Origin: Planctomycetota bacterium
GTDB lineage: Bacteria; Planctomycetota; UBA8108; SXIK01
Length of the DNA: 64,000 nt
Reading direction: 5' to 3'
NCBI GenBank assembly: GCA_965223265.1
Contig: OZ244999.1
Coordinates: 2,976,001-3,040,000 of the forward strand
Shown: positions 37,927 through 48,118 of the stretch, in pieces
Position numbering within the stretch: the stretch's first letter is position 1
Layout: each line of letters starts with the position of its first letter
Position numbers and translations under genes: made by a program
Notes under the pieces: model-generated
Told to the model about the DNA's origin: nothing
Seen by the model: only the letters and a program-made list of their open reading frames with translations
The model's database searches: none

Positions 37927-40900
37927 ATGGGAACTCGTCCAGTTGATCCGTCGCCGTCGCGGTGGCTGAAGATTTGCCTGCGTTCGCTTGTGGCGGATCG
38001 ACAGCGCCGCTGTCGACGCCTTGATTTCTCTCGGGGGCCGAAGTCGAATCCACGGCGGCAGCCGGCTTTTTCGGTCGCTCTGATTCTCGCACTAACGTTG
38101 TCGCTGGCAATCCAGTTGCTGGCGCTGGTGCACTGTGATGCGAGCGACACGGCACCTTCCGGTTGGACGCAGGTCGAGGTGCCTTCGGCGTGGAAGAAAC
38201 CACCCGGGCAAAAGAACACCGAGGCGAATGGTTTTCATTGGTATCGCGCTTGGGTTCACGTGCCAGAGGCGTGGAAGGGAAGGCGCCTGCAACTTTTCGT
38301 CGAGTCGATGGATGACGTCCGGCAGACGTTTTTCAACGGCGCGGTGGTCGGCGTTAGTGGCAGTTTTCCGCCGCGCTATCGCAGCGGGCTTGGTGAAGGC
38401 GGGCGGATCGAGCTGACGCCGGACCGGGTGATTTTTGGCGGCGACAACTTGATTGCCCTACGGACTTATTTTCGCGATGGCAGGACCAACTTCAGCGTCG
38501 CTGCTCCTGTTCTGGCGGCGGCGAGCGGCGAAGCCATTCGCATGCGTGGCAGTTGGCAGTACCGGCGAGGTGACGATCCAGCATGGGCCGCTCCTGCAGC
38601 GACTCCGCCGCCGCAGGATCTCATCTTTCGCCGCGTCGACGCCGTCGAAGATCTCGAACTCTACGTTCGCCGCCGTGAAGGCGATCATGATGCGCTGCCT
38701 CCGAGCGAAGCGCTGAAGAAATTTCACGTCGACGAAGGACTCGAGATCGAGCTCGTTCTCTCCGAGCCGGAGATCGCACAGCCCCTGTACATGCAGTTTG
38801 ATGGGCGTGGGCGACTTTGGGTGCTCGAATACCGGCAGTATCCGAACCCCGCGGGACTGAAGGTCCTCAGCAGGGACAAGTATCTGCGCACGGTGTTCGA
38901 CCGTTTGCCGCGTCCGCCGCCTCACGACACACCCGGCACCGACCGGATCTCCATCCACGCTGACCGCGATGGTGATGGCCTCTACGAGACACATCGCGTG
39001 TTCGTCGACCGTCTCAACATCGCGAGCTCGTTCGCGCTCGGCAGCGGTGGAGTTTGGATTCTCAACCCGCCTTATCTTCTTTTCTACGCGGACGCAGACG
39101 CGAACGACATTCCGGATGGCGACCCCGAGGTGTTGCTCGAGGGCTTCGGTCTCGAAGACACGCACTCCGTTGTGAACAGTCTGCGCTGGGGCCCTGACGG
39201 CTGGCTGTATGGCGCCCAGGGGAGCACTGTCACCGGGCGCGTGCGCCGTCCGGGCAGCGAAGAGAAACCTCTCCACACAATGGGACAGCTCATCTGGCGT
39301 TATCACCCGGAGCTGCGGCGTTACGAGGTGTTCGCCGAGGGTGGCGGAAATACCTTCGGCGTCGAGATCGACCGCAAAGGGCGTCTCTTTTCAGGTACGA
39401 ACGGCGGCAATGCACGCGGGTTCCACTACGTCCAAGGTGGGTACTACCGCAAGACGTTCGCAAAGCACGGGGCCCATTCGAATCCATACACCTTCGGGTT
39501 TTTCGAGGACATGGAACACGAGGATGTGCAGCGATTCACGCACACCTTTGTGATCTACGACGGCGACGCTCTACCATCGGCTTACGGCGGTCGGCTGTTT
39601 GGTGTCGAGCCGCTGCAGGGGCGCGTCGTGATGAGCCGCGTTGAGGCGATTGGTTCATCCTTTCGCACGTCGGACATCGGCTACGCGGTCCGCTCCGACG
39701 ATCAGTGGTTTCGCCCCGTTGCGATCGCTGCTGGACCGGACGGTGCCCTCTACGTTGCCGATTTTCATGAGCAGCGTATCGACCACAGCAGTCACTTCGC
39801 TGGGCGCGTCCGCACCGACACGGGTCGCATTTATCGCCTCGCTCCACGAGGCTTGCGGCGTCCGTCAGCGTTCAACCTGGGGCAGCGTTCGACGAACGAA
39901 CTCCTCGCGCTCTTGGATCATGCGAATCAGTGGTTTCGCGACGCGGCACGCCGCGAGTTTGTGGCTCGAAAGGATCCGGGGACTGCGACGGTGGCGCGCG
40001 AGCAACTTCAGCGCCTTGACGGTCAGGCAGCGCTTGAGCGTCTGTGGGTAGCTCACTTACTCACGCCCTTCGTGGACGCTGAGACCCTTGACTTCTTGGG
40101 GAGGCACGATGACCCACACGTCCGTCTTTGGCTCATCCGGCTAGCATGCGACGACGGTCATGTTTCTCCCGCGCTATCTCAGCGCTTGGTGGAGCTCGCA
40201 GCGGACGAAACGCATCCCGAAGTGCGTAGTCAGCTGGCGGCTTCGGCGCGGCGCCTGCCCGTCGACGACTGTCTGGCGATCGTGCGTGCACTGCTCAAGC
40301 GCACCGCAGTCCAGGACGATCTCCACGTGCCGCTCCTTCTGTGGTGGGCGATCGAGGCACAAGCGGGGCACCGCGAGGAGTTAGTCGCTTTTTTCAGTCG
40401 TGGTGACTTGTGGAATTTGGAGTCGGCCCGATCCCATCTCGCGCCGCGGCTTCTCAGGCGCTATGCACTATCGGGATCGCGTCAGGATTTGCTCGCATGC
40501 GCGCGACTTCTAGGTTCGGCATCCGCCGTCGGGCCCGTCGTCACGACGCCACTTTTGGAAGGGTTCGAACTGGCGTTCGCCGGACGATCGATGTCTGGCT
40601 TGCCACCGGAGCTGATCGATGCGATCGCCGCTTGCGGTGGGGGCTCCCTCGCCCTGCGCGTCAGAAGCGGCAATCCGGCGGCGGCTATCGAGGCGCTCCA
40701 AGTCATCGAGCGGGAAGATGCCGACGCCGCCGAGCGTGAGCGCTTGATCGAGGTTCTGAGCGAGACGAGGCATGCTGCAGCGCGCGCTCCGCTACTGAGG
40801 TTGGTTGAGGAATCGTCCTCGCCCTCGGTGCGCACTGCCGCGTTGAGCGCCTTAGGCGCCTATACGGACATCGAGATCGGTCCCCGCGTTGTCGATCTGT

Positions 40901-41583
40901 TCATGGACTTTTCGAGCGATGAACGTCGTGCTGCCGAGGTGCTTCTCCTCAGCCGTACGACGTGGACACAGCACCTCGTTGATGCGATCGACGACCGTTC
41001 GATCGCACCGTCGAGCGTCAGCCGCGGCACCGTCGAACGTCTAGCAGCGCAGAATGACCCCACAATGACCGCGTTTGTGCGTCGGCATTGGGGCGAAGCT
41101 TCTGCGGAAGCGGCGCACGCCGCCCGATCGCAGATCGTACGCACGAGAGCGATACTCGCCGCGGCCGCGGGCAATCCGTACCGCGGCAAGGTCTTGTACG
41201 GACAAACCTGCGGGAAGTGTCACGAACTCTTCGGCGAAGGTCGGGACGTGGGGCCTGATCTCACCGCGCATGACCGAAACGACCTCGAGCGCCTGCTGGA
41301 GAGCGTCGTGCGGCCGAGTGCGGAGATTCGGGAGGGGTACGAAAACTATCTTGCGGTCACTCATGACGGTAGGATCCTGAGCGGCTTTATCGTCGAGCGC
41401 AGCGAGAGAAGTGTGACGCTGCGAACTGTCGACGGAAAGAACCATGTTCTCGAGCGCAGGAGCCTCGCCGAATTCCGTGCACTCGAGCAATCCATCATGC
41501 CGGAGGGCGCCTTGGACGGTCTGTCCGATCAGGACATCCGTGATCTGTTTGCGTACCTCAGGAGCACGCAGCCGCTCCCCTAG
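37927..41583 (+). CDS. PVC-type membrane-bound dehydrogenase-like protein: sugar-binding jelly roll, beta-propeller, HEAT repeats and a c-type heme domain
   Basis: WYRAWVHVP...DDVRQTFFNG; WGPDGWLYG and WFRPVAIAAGPDGALYVAD; CGKCH, VGPDLT and SIMPEG. Start uncertain. Confidence 0.82.
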   Translation: MGTRPVDPSPSRWLKICLRSLVADRQRRCRRLDFSRGPKSNPRRQPAFSVALILALTLSLAIQLLALVHCDASDTAPSGWTQVEVPSAWKKPPGQKNTEANGFHWYRAWVHVPEAWKGRRLQLFVESMDDVRQTFFNGAVVGVSGSFPPRYRSGLGEGGRIELTPDRVIFGGDNLIALRTYFRDGRTNFSVAAPVLAAASGEAIRMRGSWQYRRGDDPAWAAPAATPPPQDLIFRRVDAVEDLELYVRRREGDHDALPPSEALKKFHVDEGLEIELVLSEPEIAQPLYMQFDGRGRLWVLEYRQYPNPAGLKVLSRDKYLRTVFDRLPRPPPHDTPGTDRISIHADRDGDGLYETHRVFVDRLNIASSFALGSGGVWILNPPYLLFYADADANDIPDGDPEVLLEGFGLEDTHSVVNSLRWGPDGWLYGAQGSTVTGRVRRPGSEEKPLHTMGQLIWRYHPELRRYEVFAEGGGNTFGVEIDRKGRLFSGTNGGNARGFHYVQGGYYRKTFAKHGAHSNPYTFGFFEDMEHEDVQRFTHTFVIYDGDALPSAYGGRLFGVEPLQGRVVMSRVEAIGSSFRTSDIGYAVRSDDQWFRPVAIAAGPDGALYVADFHEQRIDHSSHFAGRVRTDTGRIYRLAPRGLRRPSAFNLGQRSTNELLALLDHANQWFRDAARREFVARKDPGTATVAREQLQRLDGQAALERLWVAHLLTPFVDAETLDFLGRHDDPHVRLWLIRLACDDGHVSPALSQRLVELAADETHPEVRSQLAASARRLPVDDCLAIVRALLKRTAVQDDLHVPLLLWWAIEAQAGHREELVAFFSRGDLWNLESARSHLAPRLLRRYALSGSRQDLLACARLLGSASAVGPVVTTPLLEGFELAFAGRSMSGLPPELIDAIAACGGGSLALRVRSGNPAAAIEALQVIEREDADAAERERLIEVLSETRHAAARAPLLRLVEESSSPSVRTAALSALGAYTDIEIGPRVVDLFMDFSSDERRAAEVLLLSRTTWTQHLVDAIDDRSIAPSSVSRGTVERLAAQNDPTMTAFVRRHWGEASAEAAHAARSQIVRTRAILAAAAGNPYRGKVLYGQTCGKCHELFGEGRDVGPDLTAHDRNDLERLLESVVRPSAEIREGYENYLAVTHDGRILSGFIVERSERSVTLRTVDGKNHVLERRSLAEFRALEQSIMPEGALDGLSDQDIRDLFAYLRSTQPLP

Positions 41584-41659
41584 CGCTAGCCCGCTGAGCG
41601 TTCTGGGCATTCACGGGTGGGTCGTTGGCGCGTCGAGCGCACGCGGCCACGACCACTTA

Positions 41660-44600
41660 CTACTTCAGTGAGGCGAGGTAGTCGACGAGATCCGCAGCAT
41701 CTTGAGCCGTGAATTCGCGTAGAAGCCCCTCTGGCATGAGAGACTGTTCCTGCATCGACAGGCTCGCGATGTCGCCGTGTGACCGACGAATCTCCTTACC
41801 GTCGGCGGTTTTGATGACGACCGCACGGTCGGAGTTGTCAATCAGTATACCGGCGACGACTTCTCCGTTCGTCGTCACGAGGGCGTACGAGCGATACTTC
41901 TCCTCGATTTCAAGCGACGGCGAGAGAAGCGTTTCAAGAATCTTTTCACGTGTGTATTTTTTGCCGATCTGACTGAGGTCCGGCCCGACGCTACCGCCTT
42001 TACGCTGGATCGAGTGGCAGCTCCGGCACTGGGAAGCGACGCCGAAGAAGAACGCATGGCGCCCTCGAGTCACGTTGCCGCGGCGCGACAGAACTTCCTT
42101 CGGATCGATTTGTGGTCCCAGTCGCTTGGTGCGTCGCTCCGGCGGCAGGAAGCGTTCGAACAGTTCCCGAACGTTGATGTCGTCTGCCTGGCTGCCGGCG
42201 GCGATCAGCTGCCGGCGCGCCGTGGCGACCATCGACTGCCCGCCAATCCGCGTCTGCGAGGCGAGTGCGTGAGAGAGGGCGAGAGCACGCCGTGGCGACC
42301 ACGCCCGAGGGGGCGAGTTCTCAGGCGCCTTGTTACCGTTGCTGCGAGATCGCACCTGATTCGCAATCTGTGCTGCGAATTGTTCGGTGGCCTGAGCTTC
42401 GTCGCGAGCTGCGGTCACGTCGCCGAGCGACACGATCCAATCGTGGATGAGGTCAACACCACGCTGGTCGATTTCGGTCGCACCGGCGTGTGGCATGCGG
42501 CCGCGACCGTGCTTGCTCATACGATAGAAGAGGACGGACGCGTAAGGATCACCAGCCGCGATCACGGCGGGCGCCTCGAGCCCGAAGTCTCCTTGGGACG
42601 GGCGCGCGCCGATCGTGAGTGTTTGCTCGAGCGGCAATCGGTAGTTGAGATGGATCATTGACGTGCCGCCGCCGCCGGGGCGGTGACAGTGATAACAATT
42701 GGAGTGGAGGTACGAGCGCGCCCGCGCCGTCAGACCGGCAGCGGCGTCAAAAGGGTCCACCATCGCGGCGTACTCTTTAGGCCGCTGTCGCCGGGATGCC
42801 AGCAGACCGAGGCGTTCGAGGCGTTGCAGTTGGTTCTCGCGCCTTCCGTCGTGTGAGACGTCACGATCGAGCTGGATTTCGTCGACGCCGAGCACGGAGC
42901 CAAGCTTGTCGGTGTGGCAGACGCTGCACTCTGCGCGACTCGCGATGCGCCACCCGTTGGCTCGCGACTGCGTGTTCGCATCGCTTTCGCGCCGGGCTGT
43001 CGGGTCCCTCTGCAGCCCTTCGGCCGGAGCTAGCTCTGCATCGCTCCCGGCGTCGTTCCAGATGTAGGTGTACGGTCGCCACTCTGCCGACTCGAGGTGG
43101 AGGATTTGTGTTTCGAGTCGGCGCGACGCTGATGCGCCGGCCGGCACCGCCGCCGCGACTGGCGCTGCGGATGTTGCCAGCGCTTTCACGGTAGTCGTGG
43201 CAAGTGTGTCTGCTGTGACGCGCTCGGCGCTCGCTTCCAGAGCGCCGCGAGTGAAGACGGTGCGCGCGATCACCGTGCCTTCCGGAAACGTCCAGCGCTG
43301 CGAGCTCGCGTCGATTTGCGCTTCACCGGGAATCGCGAGCAGGCGCTGCGCCACCGTTCCATCTTGCCACAGTGGTGAGTTGACCTCGTAGGGTACGACG
43401 CCAGACGCCGGTTTCAGATCACGGGTCGATTCGAACAGGCCCGTTTGACTCAACAGGCGCGGAAACTCAGCGCTTCGATCCGGCGTGTCATTGCGCTTGA
43501 GCCGGTAGATTCGACCGGTGCGTTCGTAGTCGACAAAGTAGAGTTCGCCGTGGTGATCCTCGCCGTATGCAACGATCTGCAGCGGCGTATTGACGAGCTC
43601 GACGAGCGAAGTGACGCGTTCACCGTCGTAGCGCAGGCCCCACATCTTACCAGTCGAAAAATCGCCGTAGACGTACGCGCCCGCGAGATCCTTGAGTCGC
43701 TCGCCGCGGTAGACGAAGCCGCCCGTGATCGAGCGCGACTCGTAATGATCGTGTGCAACGACGGGCGGCACGATCGGCGCCGGGCCGACGGGGTCTTCGG
43801 GGTGAACCGGCTGCGGCCCTTCGACGACGCTCCAGCCGTAGTTGTCACCTTTCTCGACGCGATAGACGAGCTCCCACATCTCCCAGCCGACGTCGCCCAC
43901 CCAGAGCTCGCCGGTGAGACGATCGAAGCTCATCTTCCATGGATTACGAAAACCGAACGCAAAGATCTCAGGCCGTGCCTGCGGCAGATGGAGGAACGGA
44001 TTGTCAGGCGGGATCGCGTATTTCAGTCCTGTCGCGCGTCGGTCTACGTCGATCCGCAGAATCGATGACAATACGTTACTGACGTCTTGGCCGACGCGAT
44101 GGCGGTCGGGCGGGTTCGGCCCGGTGCCGTCGCCGGTGGTGATGTAGAGGTAGCCATCCGGGCCGAACTTCAGACAGCCACCGTTGTGACCACCCGCAAG
44201 CCAGGAGTAGACAACCTCGTGCGTCTCCGCAATGGCGCGCGGTGGGTCGTCGCTCGTGGCGCGCATACGTGCAACGCGGCTCCCGTCGGGATCAGTCCCC
44301 GATAGCACGTAGCAGATAAAGAACGTTCGGTTGCTCTCGAAGTCGGGATGGAACGTCAGGCCATAGACGGATGCCAGATTCGGGAAGAGCGCTTTGACAT
44401 CTAAAAAGAGGTCAGGACGCTCGACGGAGGGGTCTGCCGGAAAGCTGAACACCAGCCCGTGGTTTTCCACCACAAAGAGTCGATCGCTCCCAGGTGCATC
44501 CGTGAGCGCGAGCGGGCGCTGGAATTTGAGCTTGGGGAAGGCAACCTCGAAATCGTACGGCAGAGGGGGATCCGGCATGCCGGCGACCTTGGAGGAGGCC

Positions 44601-44788
44601 CAAGGGGTCTGTCGCTTCGTGCTTTTGGGCGCGGCGTTCGACTCAGTTGCGACGGCTGACGCAGTAGCCGACGCTAAGGCGAGCAGTAAAACGATGACCC
44701 AACTGCGCGACGAGAAAGCCGTAGACGCTGCTAGAGCGCCGTCAGTCGTGAGCGTGCTGCGCGTTCCGTGCCGTGAGTGGTCATTCAT
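41660..44788 (-). CDS. Glucose/sorbosone-type (PQQ) dehydrogenase propeller fused to three CxxCH heme domains
   Basis: HNGGCLKFGPDGYLY, GFRNPWKMSFD, GDVG and SITGGFVYRG; CSVCH, CYHCH and CRSCH; SLMPEG. Confidence 0.85.
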   Translation of the reverse strand: MNDHSRHGTRSTLTTDGALAASTAFSSRSWVIVLLLALASATASAVATESNAAPKSTKRQTPWASSKVAGMPDPPLPYDFEVAFPKLKFQRPLALTDAPGSDRLFVVENHGLVFSFPADPSVERPDLFLDVKALFPNLASVYGLTFHPDFESNRTFFICYVLSGTDPDGSRVARMRATSDDPPRAIAETHEVVYSWLAGGHNGGCLKFGPDGYLYITTGDGTGPNPPDRHRVGQDVSNVLSSILRIDVDRRATGLKYAIPPDNPFLHLPQARPEIFAFGFRNPWKMSFDRLTGELWVGDVGWEMWELVYRVEKGDNYGWSVVEGPQPVHPEDPVGPAPIVPPVVAHDHYESRSITGGFVYRGERLKDLAGAYVYGDFSTGKMWGLRYDGERVTSLVELVNTPLQIVAYGEDHHGELYFVDYERTGRIYRLKRNDTPDRSAEFPRLLSQTGLFESTRDLKPASGVVPYEVNSPLWQDGTVAQRLLAIPGEAQIDASSQRWTFPEGTVIARTVFTRGALEASAERVTADTLATTTVKALATSAAPVAAAVPAGASASRRLETQILHLESAEWRPYTYIWNDAGSDAELAPAEGLQRDPTARRESDANTQSRANGWRIASRAECSVCHTDKLGSVLGVDEIQLDRDVSHDGRRENQLQRLERLGLLASRRQRPKEYAAMVDPFDAAAGLTARARSYLHSNCYHCHRPGGGGTSMIHLNYRLPLEQTLTIGARPSQGDFGLEAPAVIAAGDPYASVLFYRMSKHGRGRMPHAGATEIDQRGVDLIHDWIVSLGDVTAARDEAQATEQFAAQIANQVRSRSNGNKAPENSPPRAWSPRRALALSHALASQTRIGGQSMVATARRQLIAAGSQADDINVRELFERFLPPERRTKRLGPQIDPKEVLSRRGNVTRGRHAFFFGVASQCRSCHSIQRKGGSVGPDLSQIGKKYTREKILETLLSPSLEIEEKYRSYALVTTNGEVVAGILIDNSDRAVVIKTADGKEIRRSHGDIASLSMQEQSLMPEGLLREFTAQDAADLVDYLASLK

Positions 44789-45078
44789 GGATACTAGCGT
44801 ACTGACTTACCAGCAGAGCGTCCATGGCGCAATCGGTTGGCAATCATCGCGCGTCGGGATCGGATGTGATCTTTTCGCCACCTGTTGCCGCCTGCTAGAG
44901 ACTCCATGCGTGATGGTTGCATTGCGAGGACGATGTTTGGGAGACTTCAGAACTTGGTGACGCGCTGGCGCAGCGGCTCACGTAGGGTGTTTGGCCTGGC
45001 GAAACTCGCATGAATCCCTCACGACGAGCGGGCACCGCGCGGTACACTGTCGCCCTTTCGTGCGGACTATCAGGAACC

Positions 45079-46560
45079 ATGACAGCAGCTAACGACCAGC
45101 GATTTCCCCGCCTCGGTTCTATGACTTGCGAGGAGTTCAAACGTCACCTCGCCGTGTGCGCGGCGGACGTCCCGTGCGACGAGCGCATCTTACGAGGTGA
45201 GGAGTCGCCCTTGGCGGCGCCTTTGAAGTTCGGCCCACTCACCGTCGGCAATCGCTGGGTGGTGCATCCGATGGAGGGTTGGGACGGCACGGCTGAAGGC
45301 GGCCCGGGCGAATTGACGCTGCGGCGTTGGCAACACTTCGGCGAGAGCGGGGCCAAGTTGATCTGGGGCGGAGAAGCGGTCGCGGTGCGCTACGACGGAC
45401 GCGCCAATCCTCATCAACTCGTCTGCGTCGAGGCGACGGAGGCGGGGCTCGCACGCCTTCGCAACACACTGATCGGGGCGCATTCAACCCGCTTCGGCGG
45501 CACGGACGGACTGGTCGTCGGCCTGCAACTGACGCACTCGGGACGCTTCGCGCGGCCGAACGAAAAGACGAAGCCGGAACCGCGGGTTGCTTACCGCCAC
45601 CCGATTCTAGACCGGCGAGTGGGTATTGCGAGCGACGACGCGGTGCTGTCGGATGCCGAAGTCGACGATCTCATTGGCGATTTCGCCGCCGCAGCGAAGC
45701 GTGCTGAAGAGATCGGTTTTTCGTTTGTCGATATCAAGCACTGCCACGGGTATCTGCTGCATGAGTTTCTTGGCGCGCACACGCGGCCTGGCCGCTACGG
45801 AGGTTCCTTTGAGAATCGAACGCGCCTCTTGCGAGAACTCATCGCAGCGGTGCGGCGTGAAGCGCCGAGTTTGGAGGTATGCATTCGGGTCAGTATCTTT
45901 GACATGGTGCCGTTTCGGCCCGATCCAGCCCTCTCCGAAGGCAAGCGGCTTGGGCCAGGAATTCCGGAGGACGTCTCGCACTGCCTACCGTATCGCTACG
46001 GCTTCGGCGTGGATCAGCAAGATCCATCACAGCCGGACCTGAGCGAAGGTCGGAGGCTCTTGGCGCTTTTAGGGGAGCTCGGTGTGCAGCTCGTGAGTCT
46101 CTCTGCCGGCAGTCCTTACTACAACCCGCATATGCAGCGCCCCGCGCTTTATCCTCCGTCGGACGGCTATCAGCCACCGGAGGACCCGCTCGTTGGTGTC
46201 GCGCGCCATCTGTGTGCTGTCCGTGACTTGAAGCGCGACTTTCCGAATCTCATGATGGTCGGCACTGCGTTGAGTTACTTGCAAGACTACCTGCCGCACG
46301 TCGCTCAGGCGATCGTTCGCAACGGGTGGATGGACGCCGTCGGTCTCGGACGCATGATCCTGTCGTACTGGGATCTGCCAGCGGATACCCTGGAGCGCGG
46401 TGAGCTGAAGCGAAAGCGCGTTTGTCGGACGTTTAGCGACTGCACGACGGCGCCACGAAATGGCCTCGTCAGTGGTTGCTACCCGTTGGATTCCGACTAC
46501 GCTGGATTGCCGGAAGCGAAGGAGCTGCGCGCGATCAAGTCGGGAAGGAGTCGCGGCTAG
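45079..46560 (+). CDS. NADH:flavin oxidoreductase (Old Yellow Enzyme-like)
   Basis: NRWVVHPMEG, LQLTHSGR, DIKHCHGYLLHEFL, YGGSFENRTR and VGLGR motifs. Confidence 0.85.
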   Translation: MTAANDQRFPRLGSMTCEEFKRHLAVCAADVPCDERILRGEESPLAAPLKFGPLTVGNRWVVHPMEGWDGTAEGGPGELTLRRWQHFGESGAKLIWGGEAVAVRYDGRANPHQLVCVEATEAGLARLRNTLIGAHSTRFGGTDGLVVGLQLTHSGRFARPNEKTKPEPRVAYRHPILDRRVGIASDDAVLSDAEVDDLIGDFAAAAKRAEEIGFSFVDIKHCHGYLLHEFLGAHTRPGRYGGSFENRTRLLRELIAAVRREAPSLEVCIRVSIFDMVPFRPDPALSEGKRLGPGIPEDVSHCLPYRYGFGVDQQDPSQPDLSEGRRLLALLGELGVQLVSLSAGSPYYNPHMQRPALYPPSDGYQPPEDPLVGVARHLCAVRDLKRDFPNLMMVGTALSYLQDYLPHVAQAIVRNGWMDAVGLGRMILSYWDLPADTLERGELKRKRVCRTFSDCTTAPRNGLVSGCYPLDSDYAGLPEAKELRAIKSGRSRG

Positions 46561-46760
46561 CCCGCATTTCTCACAAGATTTCGTAGCGAGGTGCCGTAAG
46601 TCGTGTCGTGGCAAGGAAGGCTTTGCGATTCGACTGTTGAGTCCGACCGAGGAGGGAGGACGAAAGTGCTTCCTGCACATTGAGGATCGAATCGTGAAGC
46701 CTGACGCAGTCCACGACGCGACTTACGGTGCCGCAGTAGGAATCTTGTGAGAAATGCGGG
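46561..46760. mobile_element. MITE family B (200 bp) with perfect 20-bp terminal inverted repeats
   Basis: CCCGCATTTCTCACAAGATT...AATCTTGTGAGAAATGCGGG, flanked by CTAG (the upstream stop codon) and TTAG, with inner inverted arms. Confidence 0.85.
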
Positions 46761-46764
46761 TTAG

Positions 46765-46923
46765 CAGCCCGTTGAAAAAGTCATTCGGCCGAGAAACTGG
46801 CCTCTTCACGCCCAGATCGACCGCGGCGAGCCTCGAAAATCTCGGAGATTACCTACGTTCGCCGCGGCCGATCTGGACGCGAAGCGACCAGTTTTCGACT
46901 CGAAGCACTTTTTCAACAGGCTG
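46765..46923. mobile_element. MITE family A full copy (159 bp)
   Basis: CAGCCCGTTGAAAAAGT...ACTTTTTCAACAGGCTG, with TTAG duplicated at 46761-46764 and 46924-46927. Confidence 0.9.
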
Positions 46924-46966
46924 TTAGATTCGGACCATTCGCTGACAATGGAGGCCGCCGCTGGCC

Positions 46967-48118
46967 ATGACCGACGGTGTGACAGTCCGTTCGACCGATA
47001 GAGCCGTGGAAGTCGCCTACTTCAGCGCACTCTGCGGGGATGACTACGAGTTTTTAGGCGTGCCGTCCGGGACGCTTCGCAGCAGTTGGGATCACTGCCG
47101 CAGCATCACGCTCAAGGCGGATCGACTCGGTTTCAATAACATCTTGCTGCCGAACTCCTATGTCCCGGGTCAAGACACGCTGACGTTCGCCGGCGGTATG
47201 GCTGCTCTGGTCGAGAAGATCTCACTTCTCGTGGCCGTACGCTGTGGGGAGTATCACCCGCCCATGTTGGCGCGCGCGATCGCAAGCTTGGACCATATGC
47301 TTGAGGGGCGTTTGACGCTCAACATCATTTCGTCGGATATGCCCGGTACGACACTGCCGGCAGCGGCGCGCTATGCACGATCGCGTGAGGCGATTCAGAT
47401 CCTGAAGCAGGCATGGACGCAGGAACGGATCCGTTTCCGCGGCGAGTTCTATGATTTCGACCTGCCGGCGGACCCCGCCAAGCCGTTTCAACAGAGCGGC
47501 GGTCCGCTTCTTTACTTCGGCGGTATCTCCGACCCGGCGCGGGACCTTTGCGCTGAGCACTGCGACGTCTTTCTCATGTGGCCGGAAACGGAGGCCAATC
47601 TACGCACGACCATGGTAGACATGTCGCGTCGCGCAGAGGCGTACGGACGTCGCATCGACTTCGGTCTCCGAATCCACATGATCGTGCGGCAGACTGAATC
47701 GGAGGCGCGCGCCGCGGCGCGGCGATTGGTGTCGAAACTGGACGACGCCATCGGCGCTCAGATCAAAGGGCGCGCCCAGGATGCTCAGTCGCTCGGCGTC
47801 CGGCGTCAGGACGCACTGCGGGCGGCAGCCGATGCCGAGGGGTTTATTGAGCCGCTCGTTTGGTCTGGCATAGGCCGCGCGCGTTCAGGGTGTGGAAGCG
47901 CGCTCGTCGGTGACCCCGACCAGGTCACGGCGAAGATCGAACGTTACATCGACATGGGCATGCGTGCGTTCATCTTTTCCGGGTATCCACACCTCGACGA
48001 GTGCGGGCTGTTGGCGCGGTACATCCTCCCACGACTGAAGACTTGCAAGCTCGCTCACCGGCAGGGTCGTATCGTGGATGACCCAGTAACTCCACTCACG
48101 ACGGGGAAGCGAACGTGA
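46967..48118 (+). CDS. LLM-class flavin-dependent monooxygenase (SsuD-like)
   Basis: [44 protein letters not shown] and [11 protein letters not shown] motifs. Confidence 0.85.
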   Translation: MTDGVTVRSTDRAVEVAYFSALCGDDYEFLGVPSGTLRSSWDHCRSITLKADRLGFNNILLPNSYVPGQDTLTFAGGMAALVEKISLLVAVRCGEYHPPMLARAIASLDHMLEGRLTLNIISSDMPGTTLPAAARYARSREAIQILKQAWTQERIRFRGEFYDFDLPADPAKPFQQSGGPLLYFGGISDPARDLCAEHCDVFLMWPETEANLRTTMVDMSRRAEAYGRRIDFGLRIHMIVRQTESEARAAARRLVSKLDDAIGAQIKGRAQDAQSLGVRRQDALRAAADAEGFIEPLVWSGIGRARSGCGSALVGDPDQVTAKIERYIDMGMRAFIFSGYPHLDECGLLARYILPRLKTCKLAHRQGRIVDDPVTPLTTGKRT

